Shown piece after piece: positions 19,468-29,031 of a stretch of DNA of 64,000 bases; positions within the stretch are counted from its first letter, which is position 1, and every line of letters begins with the position of its first letter. The stretch lies in IMG/VR virus record IMGVR_UViG_3300031951_000032; one strand, given 5' to 3'. The DNA comes from an uncultured virus (IMG/VR IMGVR_UViG_3300031951_000032) (Duplodnaviria; Heunggongvirae; Uroviricota; Caudoviricetes). A model generated the notes under the pieces. That model was not told the DNA's origin. It saw nothing but the letters and a program-made list of their open reading frames with translations, and made no database searches. The position numbers and the translations under genes were made by a program.

Positions 19468-21914
19468 TGCCTTTGTTGTCAACTTTTGCGGTTGGTTCTT
19501 TACCTGGGATTCTTGGCAGAGGCATCTCTGCTAGTGCTGCCATAGTTTCATATACAGTCACAAGAATATTCACTCAAGCAACAACATGGGTAGCACCTTC
19601 GGGTGTGACATCTGTTGATTATCTTTTAGTCGCCGGTGGTGGAGGTGGTGGTTCTTTTGGTGGTGGCGGTGGTGCCGGTGGAGTTTTACAAGGCATCGGT
19701 TTTTCTGTAACGCCGGGTCAATCATACACAATTACAATAGGTGGTGGAGGTGCTGCCGCTACCAGTTCCGATAATGGTATAAACGGAAGCAACGGCTCCA
19801 ACTCAGTATTCGGTTCACTAACAGCGATAGGTGGTGGTGGCGGTGGAACAAGAAATGGCAATCCATATGCTGGACAACCTGGGTTTTCGGGTGGCTCTGG
19901 TGGTGGTGGCGCAAATTCTGACCCTGCTTTTAATGCACCTGGGGGACTAGGTACTCCAGGACAAGGAAACAATGGAGGTGCTGGTGGTTCTGGTGTAAGC
20001 GGTACACCAAATTATGGTCATGGTGGCGGCGGTGGTGCTGCTAACACTGGTCAAAACGGGAAAGCAAATGGTGCTTTTGGTGCAGCAGGTGGTGCGGGAA
20101 TATACTCTACTATATCTGGTGCCAATGTAGCATATGGTGGCGGCGGTGGTGGAGGTGTATACACAAACGGCACTGTAGGTGGCGGTGGTATTGGTGGTGG
20201 TGGTAATGGTGGGGGTAATTATCCCGGTGCGCCGCCAGTGCAAAGTGGCACAGCAAATACTGGCGGTGGCGGTGGCGGCGGAGCTTACACAGCGGCAGGT
20301 GGGGCAGGTGGGTCCGGCATCATCATCATTCGCTATACAGAAACCGCAGGTGTCAATGGTGTATATGTATTTGCAAACACTGGTCAATTAGTAATACCCC
20401 CCGGCGTTACTAATATTGACTATCTATTAATTGCTGGAGGTGGAGGTGGTGGTGGTCGTATTGGTGGTGGCGGTGGTGCTGGCGGTTTATTGCAAGGTAC
20501 AGGTTATGTAGTAGCACCCGAACAACTTTACACAATTCAGATTGGTGGAGGTGGCACGGCGGGTGCTCCTGGTGTCGGTAGTAATGGAGTAAACACAGTT
20601 CTTTCTGCTGGAAACACAGTAACTTCTTCTGTTCTTTTGACTGCAATAGGTGGTGGGGGAGGTGCTGCAACAGACAGTGGATATGGACAATCCGGTGGTT
20701 CTGGTGGTGGTAATGGCAGAGGTTTAAATAATTCAACGCCAGGAGGAAGAGGCACACCAGGTCAAGGATTCGATGGTGGTGCCGGTGGAAGTGCGGTTGG
20801 TGGTGGCACTGATCGTTCTGGTGGAGGAGGTGGTGGCGGTGGTGCTGGCTTTGGCAGCCCGTCAGGAACATCCTCAAATGGTGGCATAGGAATTTTCTCA
20901 TCAATTACTGGTGCTAATGTTGGTTATGCCGGTGGTGGTGGCGGTGGTGCATATTTAAATCCAACAAACACACCATTTGGACATTTTATTTGTGGCGGTG
21001 CAAATGGCGTAAATTCTCCATCGGCGGCAACTGGAGGTGTTGCTGTATCTAATCGTGGTGGTGGTGGCGGTGGTGGTGGATATACTGGTGAACCTGGAAC
21101 TGCTGGTGGTGCTGGTGGCTCAGGTTTTGCTGTTATTAGAGTATCGGCTTTACAAAATAAATTTACTGTTTTCTCTAACACCACAACATGGACAGTACCA
21201 ACAGGCACAACAAGTCTTGAATACCTAATCGTCGCTGGCGGTGGTGGAGGTGGAGGTTCTGTTGCAGGTGGCGGTGGTGCTGGTGGATTTCTTACAGGCA
21301 CAAATTTAGCAGTATCTCCGGGACAAGTTTATACAGTTGTCGTTGGAGGTGGTGGTGGAGGTGGTCCATCACAAGTAGCGGGAACAAATGGATCAAATTC
21401 AGGCGTTTTTAGCACATCACCAGTGTCTAGTTTGTGGGCAACCGGTGGAGGTGGTGGTGCTACTGGTGCTCCAAGCAGTGGCACATTTGCAAGAAGTGGT
21501 GGTTCTGGTGGAGGAGGCACTTCTTATCCTGGACAACCGGCAGGTCTAATAGCCGGCGCACCTGGAACACCAGGTCAAGGAAACAGCGGCGGAAATGGTG
21601 CTAATGATGCTGGCGGTGGCGGCGGTGGTGCAGGAGGAGCAGGACAGAATGGTGCAGTTGGTGGAGGCGGTGGCACTGGTGGTGTAGGATTATTTTCAAC
21701 ACTTTCTGGTTCGAGTATTGGATATGCCGGTGGTGGCGGTGGTGGTAGCGGAAACAGTGGAGGAACTGCTTCTCAAGGCGGTAGTGCTGGTGCTACAAAT
21801 GCGGCAGCCGCAGCAAATACCAACTCCGGTGGTGGTGGAGGCGGCGGATGGCTGTATTCTGGTGGTGCCGGTGGTGCTGGTGGTTCAGGTGTAGTCATTC
21901 TCAAATGGACTTAG
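19467..21914 (+). CDS. Glycine-rich adhesin-like protein with 3 polyglycine domains
   Basis: 815 aa; MPLLSTF N-terminus; three domains, the second closely matching domain 2 of 6239-8824. Confidence 0.75.
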   Translation: MPLLSTFAVGSLPGILGRGISASAAIVSYTVTRIFTQATTWVAPSGVTSVDYLLVAGGGGGGSFGGGGGAGGVLQGIGFSVTPGQSYTITIGGGGAAATSSDNGINGSNGSNSVFGSLTAIGGGGGGTRNGNPYAGQPGFSGGSGGGGANSDPAFNAPGGLGTPGQGNNGGAGGSGVSGTPNYGHGGGGGAANTGQNGKANGAFGAAGGAGIYSTISGANVAYGGGGGGGVYTNGTVGGGGIGGGGNGGGNYPGAPPVQSGTANTGGGGGGGAYTAAGGAGGSGIIIIRYTETAGVNGVYVFANTGQLVIPPGVTNIDYLLIAGGGGGGGRIGGGGGAGGLLQGTGYVVAPEQLYTIQIGGGGTAGAPGVGSNGVNTVLSAGNTVTSSVLLTAIGGGGGAATDSGYGQSGGSGGGNGRGLNNSTPGGRGTPGQGFDGGAGGSAVGGGTDRSGGGGGGGGAGFGSPSGTSSNGGIGIFSSITGANVGYAGGGGGGAYLNPTNTPFGHFICGGANGVNSPSAATGGVAVSNRGGGGGGGGYTGEPGTAGGAGGSGFAVIRVSALQNKFTVFSNTTTWTVPTGTTSLEYLIVAGGGGGGGSVAGGGGAGGFLTGTNLAVSPGQVYTVVVGGGGGGGPSQVAGTNGSNSGVFSTSPVSSLWATGGGGGATGAPSSGTFARSGGSGGGGTSYPGQPAGLIAGAPGTPGQGNSGGNGANDAGGGGGGAGGAGQNGAVGGGGGTGGVGLFSTLSGSSIGYAGGGGGGSGNSGGTASQGGSAGATNAAAAANTNSGGGGGGGWLYSGGAGGAGGSGVVILKWT

Positions 21915-21929
21915 AATAAATAAACAACT

Positions 21930-22883
21930 ATGGCAACTATAAACACAAGACAACAGTTCAAAGACTACTGCTTACGCCGACTTGGTTGGCCAGTCATTGA
22001 AATTAACGTAGATGATGATCAAGTTGATGATCGTATTGATGACGCACTCGGTTTTTGGCGTGACTATCATTACGATGGAACAGAAAAACTGTTCATGAAG
22101 CATCAGATTACACAAGAAGATATTAATCGCAAATGGATTTATTGTCCAGATGCGGTACAGTTTGTCACAGGTATTTTTCCGTTTGACCAATCAAACGCAT
22201 CAATCAACATGTTTGACTTGCGTTATCAGTTGCGTCTGCACGATCTTTACGACTTTACATCTGTATCATATGTGTCATATGAAATCACGATGCAGCATTT
22301 ACGCACACTGAACTTATTATTTTCTGGTACACCTCAATTCAGATTTAACCGTCATCAAAATAAAGTGTTCTTAGATATTGATTGGACTAGGGATGTACAA
22401 CCTGGTGATTGGGTTGTAGTTGAGTGCTATCGTACAGTTCAGCCTGAAACGGTTGTATTGACGGGTACAGTAACGGGTTCACCATCATCAAACACAATAA
22501 TTGGTTACGGCACAAAGTTTGACCAAGAAATCGTGCCGTTTGATTTCATTACAATTGGTGGAGAGTCAAAACAAGTTGGCAATATTGAGTCACCAACAAG
22601 CCTAACACTGATTGGTCCGCCATCAACAACACACAATAATTCGGCTATTCAAATTGAAGGCACAACTGATGTATGGAATGACCGTTTTCTGAAGCAGTTA
22701 GCCACAGCAAAAATCAAACAACAATGGGGCAACAACCTCAAAAAGTTTGAAGGCATTCAAATGCCTGGTGGTGTGACACTGAATGGTCAAAAGATTTACG
22801 ATGAAGCGTCGGAAGAAATTAAAGAAATGGAAGAACAGATTTACATGATGGGTTCACTGCCGTCAGAAATCTTTACAGGCTAA
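21930..22883 (+). CDS. gp13: Neck protein gp13-like
   Basis: YCLRRLG.PVIEINVDDDQVDDRIDDAL and KQQWG.NL.KF.G.QMPGGVTLNG motifs; T4 synteny. Confidence 0.92.
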   Translation: MATINTRQQFKDYCLRRLGWPVIEINVDDDQVDDRIDDALGFWRDYHYDGTEKLFMKHQITQEDINRKWIYCPDAVQFVTGIFPFDQSNASINMFDLRYQLRLHDLYDFTSVSYVSYEITMQHLRTLNLLFSGTPQFRFNRHQNKVFLDIDWTRDVQPGDWVVVECYRTVQPETVVLTGTVTGSPSSNTIIGYGTKFDQEIVPFDFITIGGESKQVGNIESPTSLTLIGPPSTTHNNSAIQIEGTTDVWNDRFLKQLATAKIKQQWGNNLKKFEGIQMPGGVTLNGQKIYDEASEEIKEMEEQIYMMGSLPSEIFTG

Positions 22884-23788
22884 TGACTACTAATTTTTAT
22901 TTCAATAATTTCCCGTCAAAGTTGGGTGGTGGCAATGTCATCACCCCTGAACAACTATTGGTTGAAAATCTTGTTATTGAAGCACTCAAGATTTATGGCT
23001 TGGATGTTTATTATCTACCACGCACAACACGTGATCAAGTAGACTATCTGTTTGGTGAAGATGTTCTCAAAGAATATCGCACTGCACATCCAATTGAAAT
23101 GTATTTGGAAAATGTAAATGGTTTTGATGGTGATCAAGACTTTATATCTAAGTTTGGTTTAGAGATTCGTGACGAAGCAACATTGCTTGTCTCACGACTG
23201 AGATTTAGATATGCAGTCAATGGTCTGACAAGACCTCTTGAAGGTGATTTGATTTATATACCAATGACCACAAGTTTCTTTGAGATTACTAGTGTAGAAT
23301 CAGAGAACGATCAAGCAATGTTTTATACATTAGGTCGTGGTCGTGGTGGTAATGTGTATGTGTATGCTTTGAAAATGAAACAGTTTTATTTCTCAAGTGA
23401 GATCATTGAAACTGGTATTGATGAAATTGATGGAAACATTCGTAATTACTATCCCAAACTTCGTATCTCATTAGGTTCAGGTTCAGGTAAATTCTTAAAT
23501 GATGAAATTGTATATCAAGGTTCATCACTATCAACTTCTACAGCACAAGCATTAGTTTATGACTTTCAACCAAATGCATATATTGATGTCTACCGTATGC
23601 AAGGTGATTTCACATCATCAGCGAACGTACACGGTAACACAAGCAGCGCACAGTGGACAGTAACACTAGCGTCTGATGCACCAACACAAAATACACCATT
23701 TGAAGACATCATTGACAACGCTCGTATTGAAGCAGCAAGTGATGGTATCATTGACTTTACGGAAGTTAATCCGTTTGGAGAACCGTAA
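22883..23788 (+). CDS. gp14: Neck protein gp14-like
   Basis: YG.DVYYLPR, SKFGLEIRDE, RP.EGDLIY.P and C-terminal DFTEVNPFG. Confidence 0.92.
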   Translation: MTTNFYFNNFPSKLGGGNVITPEQLLVENLVIEALKIYGLDVYYLPRTTRDQVDYLFGEDVLKEYRTAHPIEMYLENVNGFDGDQDFISKFGLEIRDEATLLVSRLRFRYAVNGLTRPLEGDLIYIPMTTSFFEITSVESENDQAMFYTLGRGRGGNVYVYALKMKQFYFSSEIIETGIDEIDGNIRNYYPKLRISLGSGSGKFLNDEIVYQGSSLSTSTAQALVYDFQPNAYIDVYRMQGDFTSSANVHGNTSSAQWTVTLASDAPTQNTPFEDIIDNARIEAASDGIIDFTEVNPFGEP

Positions 23789-24789
23789 TGTTAGGTAATG
23801 CACAATTTTATCACCGCACCATTCGTAAGATGGTCGTTGTGTTTGGTACAATGTTTAACGACCTTGAGATTGTTCGTTACACACAAGCAGGTAATCCAAA
23901 AGAAAAACTTAAAGTACCATTGTCTTATGGACCAAAAGAAAGATATCTGACACAGATTACTTCTGATCCAAATTTAGTTAAGTCGGTTAACTCTGTTATA
24001 CCAAGAATGTCATTTAATCTTGACAGTCTTGAGTATGATGCAAGTCGCAAACAGATTTCTACATTACAAAATTTTGCTGCTGTTACAAACACCGGTGTTG
24101 CAACACAGTATTTGCCTGTGCCATACAACTATGAATTTAGTTTGTCTATCTATGTTCGTAATACAGAAGACGGCACACAAATACTGGAACAAATTTTACC
24201 ATTCTTCACACCAGATTTTAGTGTTGTAGTAGATTTTATTCCTCAAATGGGACAGAAGTATACGGTGCCTATCATATTGAATTCTGTCGCATCTACCGTT
24301 GAGTATGAAGGTGGCATGGGTGACGGCACAACAAGAATCATTATTTGGGACTTAACATTCACTGCTAAGAGTTTCATTTGGCCACCAGTTAAAACTGGCA
24401 AACTTATTAATCAAGCCAACACAAACATCAACATTGACCTCACATCTAAACAAATACAGAAGGTCTATGTTGACTATGCAAATGGTAACAATGTGTTTAC
24501 TACCGGTGAAACGATTCGTGACAGTGCAAATGGATTCTTTGGTACGGTAGAATACTTCAGTAACACTTCACTCGGTACACTTGTAATTACTGGAGGCAAT
24601 GAATACATTAAACCAGGATACACACTTACAGGTGATTACTCTGGTGCAAGATACAATGTATCCACATTAGACAGCACTTCAATTAATGCTGCTGCTGTAA
24701 TAGTTGAACCTAATCCAACAACTGCCGCACCGCCTTCTGATTTTGGATTCATTGAAACAATTAGAGAATGGCCTGATACTTTATCATGA
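23788..24789 (+). CDS. gp15: Tail terminator/sheath stabiliser gp15-like
   Basis: FYH.TIRK....FGT.FN, KVPL.YGPK, PRMSF, QI.EQILPFF.P motifs. Confidence 0.92.
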   Translation: MLGNAQFYHRTIRKMVVVFGTMFNDLEIVRYTQAGNPKEKLKVPLSYGPKERYLTQITSDPNLVKSVNSVIPRMSFNLDSLEYDASRKQISTLQNFAAVTNTGVATQYLPVPYNYEFSLSIYVRNTEDGTQILEQILPFFTPDFSVVVDFIPQMGQKYTVPIILNSVASTVEYEGGMGDGTTRIIIWDLTFTAKSFIWPPVKTGKLINQANTNINIDLTSKQIQKVYVDYANGNNVFTTGETIRDSANGFFGTVEYFSNTSLGTLVITGGNEYIKPGYTLTGDYSGARYNVSTLDSTSINAAAVIVEPNPTTAAPPSDFGFIETIREWPDTLS

Positions 24790-25187
24790 AAAAACTAAAC
24801 AAAAACTTATCTGAAATCTTTGATGTGGAACCCATTGAAGAGAAATTCATTGAAACTTTGCCTGTTGCCGTAAATGACAACGCTAATCAAATTGATGCCG
24901 ATGCTGAATTTGCCCGCACAAACATGCGTTCATTAATTGACAATGGCAATAGAGCATTAACTGAACTGGCATCAGTTGCAAATCAATCAGAGTCACCAAG
25001 AGCATATGAAGTCTTAGCCACAATGATGAAAAATCTGGCTGAGATGAACAAAGATTTGTTGGAACTTCAGAAACGGAAAAGAGAGCTTGCACCCCAATCT
25101 GAATCCGCAAAAGGAGTCAACATAGATAAAGCAGTGTTTGTTGGCTCCACCAACGAATTACTCAAAATGATTAAAGGAAATAAATAA
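24786..25187 (+). CDS. gp16: Terminase small subunit
   Basis: D.EFAR.N, SESPRAYEV, VFVGST.EL.K motifs. Confidence 0.9.
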   Translation: MKKLNKNLSEIFDVEPIEEKFIETLPVAVNDNANQIDADAEFARTNMRSLIDNGNRALTELASVANQSESPRAYEVLATMMKNLAEMNKDLLELQKRKRELAPQSESAKGVNIDKAVFVGSTNELLKMIKGNK

Positions 25188-25191
25188 AATT

Positions 25192-25626
25192 ATGGAACAA
25201 CTAATCGAACAGATGAAGGTTATTTTGGGTACAAACTTTGGTTTGTACTTCAAAGCACACACCTTCCATTGGAATGTAGAAGGTCCTGACTTTGCACAGT
25301 ATCATGGTTTCTTAGGAGACTTTTATGAAGCAGTGTTTGATCAGACCGATCCGATTGCCGAACACATTCGTGCTTTAAATTCATATGCTCCTACAACTTT
25401 GGCAAGAATGATGGAACTATCAAAGGTGCAAGACATCGTTGCTATTCCTTCACCGCTTATCATGATGTCCGAACTTGCTGCCGATAATGATAAGTTCATT
25501 ATGGAACTACGTGCTGGTATTGCAATTGCTGACGCTGCTGACGAACCTGCTGTAGGTAACTTCTTACAAGACATTTTAGATGCTCATCAAAAACATGGTT
25601 GGATGCTGAAGAGTTTTACACGATAA
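25192..25626 (+). CDS. dps: Dps/ferritin-like DNA-protection protein
   Basis: KAH.FHWNV.G.DF...H......YE......D..AE.IRAL and H.K..WML ferroxidase signature. Confidence 0.9.
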   Translation: MEQLIEQMKVILGTNFGLYFKAHTFHWNVEGPDFAQYHGFLGDFYEAVFDQTDPIAEHIRALNSYAPTTLARMMELSKVQDIVAIPSPLIMMSELAADNDKFIMELRAGIAIADAADEPAVGNFLQDILDAHQKHGWMLKSFTR

Positions 25627-25629
25627 ATT

Positions 25630-27261
25630 ATGGATGACGGGTACCTTGGTAATGCACGGCTCAAACGAGTCGGTGTTGAAATATCCTACACTGAAGAGCA
25701 ACTAAAAGAGATTGTAAAATGCACCGAAGATCCGGTGTATTTTATTCGTACCTACGTTAAGATTGTCAACGTAGATAAAGGTCTTGTTCCTTTTGAGATG
25801 TGGCCATTTCAGGAAGAAATGGTCAATCAATTTCATAACAATCGTTTTGTCATTGCAAAGATGCCACGACAGGTTGGTAAAACAACCACGACTGTTGGTT
25901 ACATGCTGTGGTCTGCACTGTTCAACGAAGAATTTGTTATTGGTATTCTTGCCAACAAACTTCAACTTGCACAAGACATTCTAGCCAAGATACAGAAAGC
26001 CTATGAGTATTTACCCATGTGGCTTCAGCAAGGTATCATCAACTGGAATAAACGATCAATTGAATTAGAGAACGGTTCAAAGATTTATGCGTATGCAACA
26101 TCAGCAGCAGGTGTCCGAGGTGGTTCATACAATCTAATCTTCCTTGATGAATTCGCATTTGTGCCGCACAACATGGCAGTAGACTTTTTTACTTCTACTT
26201 ACCCTGTTATTTCATCTGGTAAGACATCTAAAGTAATTATTGTTTCTACGCCAAACGGCTTGAATCTGTTCTATAAGATGTGGACAGATGCGATTGAAAA
26301 ACGTTCAACTTACAAAACACTAGAAATCCACTGGTCAATGGTGCCAGGTCGTGATGAAAAGTGGAAAGAAGAAACGATACGAAATACTTCTGAAGAACAA
26401 TTCCGTCAAGAGTTTGAGACAGAATTTATTGGTTCTTCAGCAACATTGATTTCTGGTTCTAAATTGCGCTCATTGGCGTTCTATGATCCAATGCGTATTG
26501 AAGACGATGGCCACTTGTTTGTGTATGAAGACCCACGACCAGGTAGAATATACATTGCTACAGTGGATTGTTCAGAGGGTGTTGGTATGGACTATCACAC
26601 CATCAATGTTTTGGATGCTACAGAAGCACCGTATAAACAAGTTGCACGATACCGCAACAATAAATTGCCGCTATTGTTCTTACCTACAGCAATTTATGCT
26701 TTAGCAAACCGTTACAATCAGGCTTATGTGCTAATTGAAACCAACAATGTGGGTCAGCAAGTGGTAGATATTCTGCATTATGACTTAGAATACGAGAACA
26801 TCTATAAGTTAGAACATCATCACATCAAAGGTCAGAGCATCTCCGCTGGTTTCAAACGCTCAGTTGCTTTTGGTGTAAAGACGACCAAATCAGTCAAGAA
26901 AATTGGTTGTGCTAACTTGAAAACGCTGATTGAGAACGACAAACTCATTATCAACGACTTTGATACCATCGCAGAACTGAATACTTTTGTTCGTACAAGA
27001 GATACCTATGCAGCCGAAGAAGGTAACAATGACGATATCGTAATGGGTTTAGTGCTTTATGCTTGGCTGACAGCACAGACTTTCTTCAAAGACGAAACAA
27101 GAATTGACATTCGTAAGATTATGCTAGAAGAACAGAACATTTTGGGAGAAGAAAGTATGCTGCCGTTCGGTTTTATTGAAGACGGACTGCGTAGAGAGAT
27201 GGAAGTGGAAGATGGAGACATGTGGGAGCCACCAGCGGGTTATTTATCATCAAGTTTGTAA
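25630..27261 (+). CDS. gp17: Terminase large subunit
   Basis: PRQVGKTT Walker A, IFLDEFAF Walker B, STPNG, nuclease DD.VM. Confidence 0.97.
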   Translation: MDDGYLGNARLKRVGVEISYTEEQLKEIVKCTEDPVYFIRTYVKIVNVDKGLVPFEMWPFQEEMVNQFHNNRFVIAKMPRQVGKTTTTVGYMLWSALFNEEFVIGILANKLQLAQDILAKIQKAYEYLPMWLQQGIINWNKRSIELENGSKIYAYATSAAGVRGGSYNLIFLDEFAFVPHNMAVDFFTSTYPVISSGKTSKVIIVSTPNGLNLFYKMWTDAIEKRSTYKTLEIHWSMVPGRDEKWKEETIRNTSEEQFRQEFETEFIGSSATLISGSKLRSLAFYDPMRIEDDGHLFVYEDPRPGRIYIATVDCSEGVGMDYHTINVLDATEAPYKQVARYRNNKLPLLFLPTAIYALANRYNQAYVLIETNNVGQQVVDILHYDLEYENIYKLEHHHIKGQSISAGFKRSVAFGVKTTKSVKKIGCANLKTLIENDKLIINDFDTIAELNTFVRTRDTYAAEEGNNDDIVMGLVLYAWLTAQTFFKDETRIDIRKIMLEEQNILGEESMLPFGFIEDGLRREMEVEDGDMWEPPAGYLSSSL

Positions 27262-27316
27262 AAAACTAAATAGACAATAAAAAGAATATTGACCCAACAA
27301 TAAAAGGAGAAATCCA

Positions 27317-29005
27317 ATGGCATTTCAATTATCACCTGGAGTGAATGTATCAGAGATCGATCTGACTACAGTTATTCCTTCAGTTGCCACTTCTACTGGC
27401 GCTTTTGCAGGACCTTTTAATTGGGGACCATGTGGTGTAGTCACAACTATTTCCGATGAAGTTCGTCTAGTGGACACATTCGGTAAACCAGATAGCGTAA
27501 ATTATGAATATTGGTTCTCCGCAGCGAACTTCCTAGCATATGGTAACAATCTAAAAATCGTTCGTGCCACACCAGGTGGTGCTAACAACGCTACTGCAAA
27601 TGGTGGTGCTTTAGTAATCAGAAACGAAGACGACTGGACAGACAATCACAGCGGGTATGCCGATGGTGCATACGGTGGTTGGGCAGCAAAATTCCCTGGT
27701 GCATTAGGCAACTCATTAAAAGTTTCCGTGGCAGACTTGGGAACATTTGCAACATGGCCATATCGCTCACAATTTAACGCAAACACTGGAACATCATCAT
27801 ACGTTGCAAGCCGTGGTGGTGCAAACGACGAAGTTCATATTGTTGTCGTTGACGAAGATGGTTTGTGGTCAGGTACAGCAGGTACAGTTCTTGAAAAATA
27901 CGCATTCGTTTCAAAAGCATCAGATGCTAAAGATGATTCGGGTAATAGCAACTACTATAAGAATGTTATTTCAAATAAATCAAAATATGTATGGTGGGTT
28001 GCACATCCAGCAACAGCAAATCTGAGTTCTGGTACTGCATGGGGTTCTACTGCTAACGCATCGGCATTCAAAACAACAACAGCAAATGTAGAATACTCGT
28101 TCTCAAATGGTGCAGATGGCTCAGTAGGTTCATCACAAATCACTTCTGGTTGGGACCTGTTTAAGAATGCTGAAGCAGTTGATGTATCATTGCTCGTAAC
28201 TGGTACAGGTAACAGCACAATTGCTACACATGTTATTAGCAATGTTGCAGAAACTCGTAAAGACTGTGTTGCATTCATTTCACCAGAAAAAGCAGACGTT
28301 GTTGATAATGCCGGAACTGAAGCAACCGATGTTACAGCATTCCGTGATGCATTGACATCATCTTCATATGCAGTAATTGATTCTGGATACAAATATCAAT
28401 ACGACAAGTACAACGATGTTTACCGTTGGATTCCATTGAACGGTGATATTGCCGGTCTGTGTGTACGTACAGATAACGAACGTGACCCTTGGTTCTCACC
28501 TGGTGGTATGAATCGTGGTCAAATCAAAAATGTAATCAAACTTGCTTGGAATCCAACTAAAGCAGAACGTGATACACTGTATCTAAAAGGCATTAACCCT
28601 GTTGTTTCTTTCCCAGGTGAAGGTACTGTTCTGTATGGTGACAAAACAATGCTTGCAAAACCAAGCGCATTTGACCGCATTAATGTTCGTCGTTTGTTTA
28701 TCACAATTGAAAAAGCAATTGCACGTGCAGCACGTTTCTCTCTGTTTGAATTCAACGATCAGTTCACACGTGCCCAGTTTGTCGCTCTTGTAGAACCCTA
28801 CCTGCGTGATGTTCAAGGTCGTCGTGGTATCACAGACTTCCGTGTAGTCTGCGATGACACTAATAACACAGCAGAAATTATTGACCGTAATGAATTTGTT
28901 GGTGACATTTACATCAAACCTGCTCGTTCTATCAACTTCATTCAACTTAACTTCGTGGCAGTACGCACAGGTGTAAGTTTCAATGAGGTAGTAGGTTCAG
29001 TCTAA
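27317..29005 (+). CDS. gp18: Tail sheath protein
   Basis: SPGV.V.E.DLT, F.WGP, PWFSP.G..RG, FDRINVRRLF, KPARSINFI.L.FVA. Confidence 0.97.
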   Translation: MAFQLSPGVNVSEIDLTTVIPSVATSTGAFAGPFNWGPCGVVTTISDEVRLVDTFGKPDSVNYEYWFSAANFLAYGNNLKIVRATPGGANNATANGGALVIRNEDDWTDNHSGYADGAYGGWAAKFPGALGNSLKVSVADLGTFATWPYRSQFNANTGTSSYVASRGGANDEVHIVVVDEDGLWSGTAGTVLEKYAFVSKASDAKDDSGNSNYYKNVISNKSKYVWWVAHPATANLSSGTAWGSTANASAFKTTTANVEYSFSNGADGSVGSSQITSGWDLFKNAEAVDVSLLVTGTGNSTIATHVISNVAETRKDCVAFISPEKADVVDNAGTEATDVTAFRDALTSSSYAVIDSGYKYQYDKYNDVYRWIPLNGDIAGLCVRTDNERDPWFSPGGMNRGQIKNVIKLAWNPTKAERDTLYLKGINPVVSFPGEGTVLYGDKTMLAKPSAFDRINVRRLFITIEKAIARAARFSLFEFNDQFTRAQFVALVEPYLRDVQGRRGITDFRVVCDDTNNTAEIIDRNEFVGDIYIKPARSINFIQLNFVAVRTGVSFNEVVGSV

Positions 29006-29031
29006 ATAAAAGAGAAACAGGAGAAAATTAA

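Noticed and set aside
3430..21520. Many Pro-rich or His-rich minus-strand and alternate-frame ORFs
   Set aside because: They are shadows of GGT/GGC Gly codon runs, lack ribosome-binding sites and oppose a uniformly + strand gene layout.
3167..21914. Diversity-generating retroelement acting on the adhesin or fibre repeats
   Set aside because: Repeat copies all lie in coding frames and differ mostly at synonymous sites, not specifically at adenines; no reverse transcriptase is in the window.
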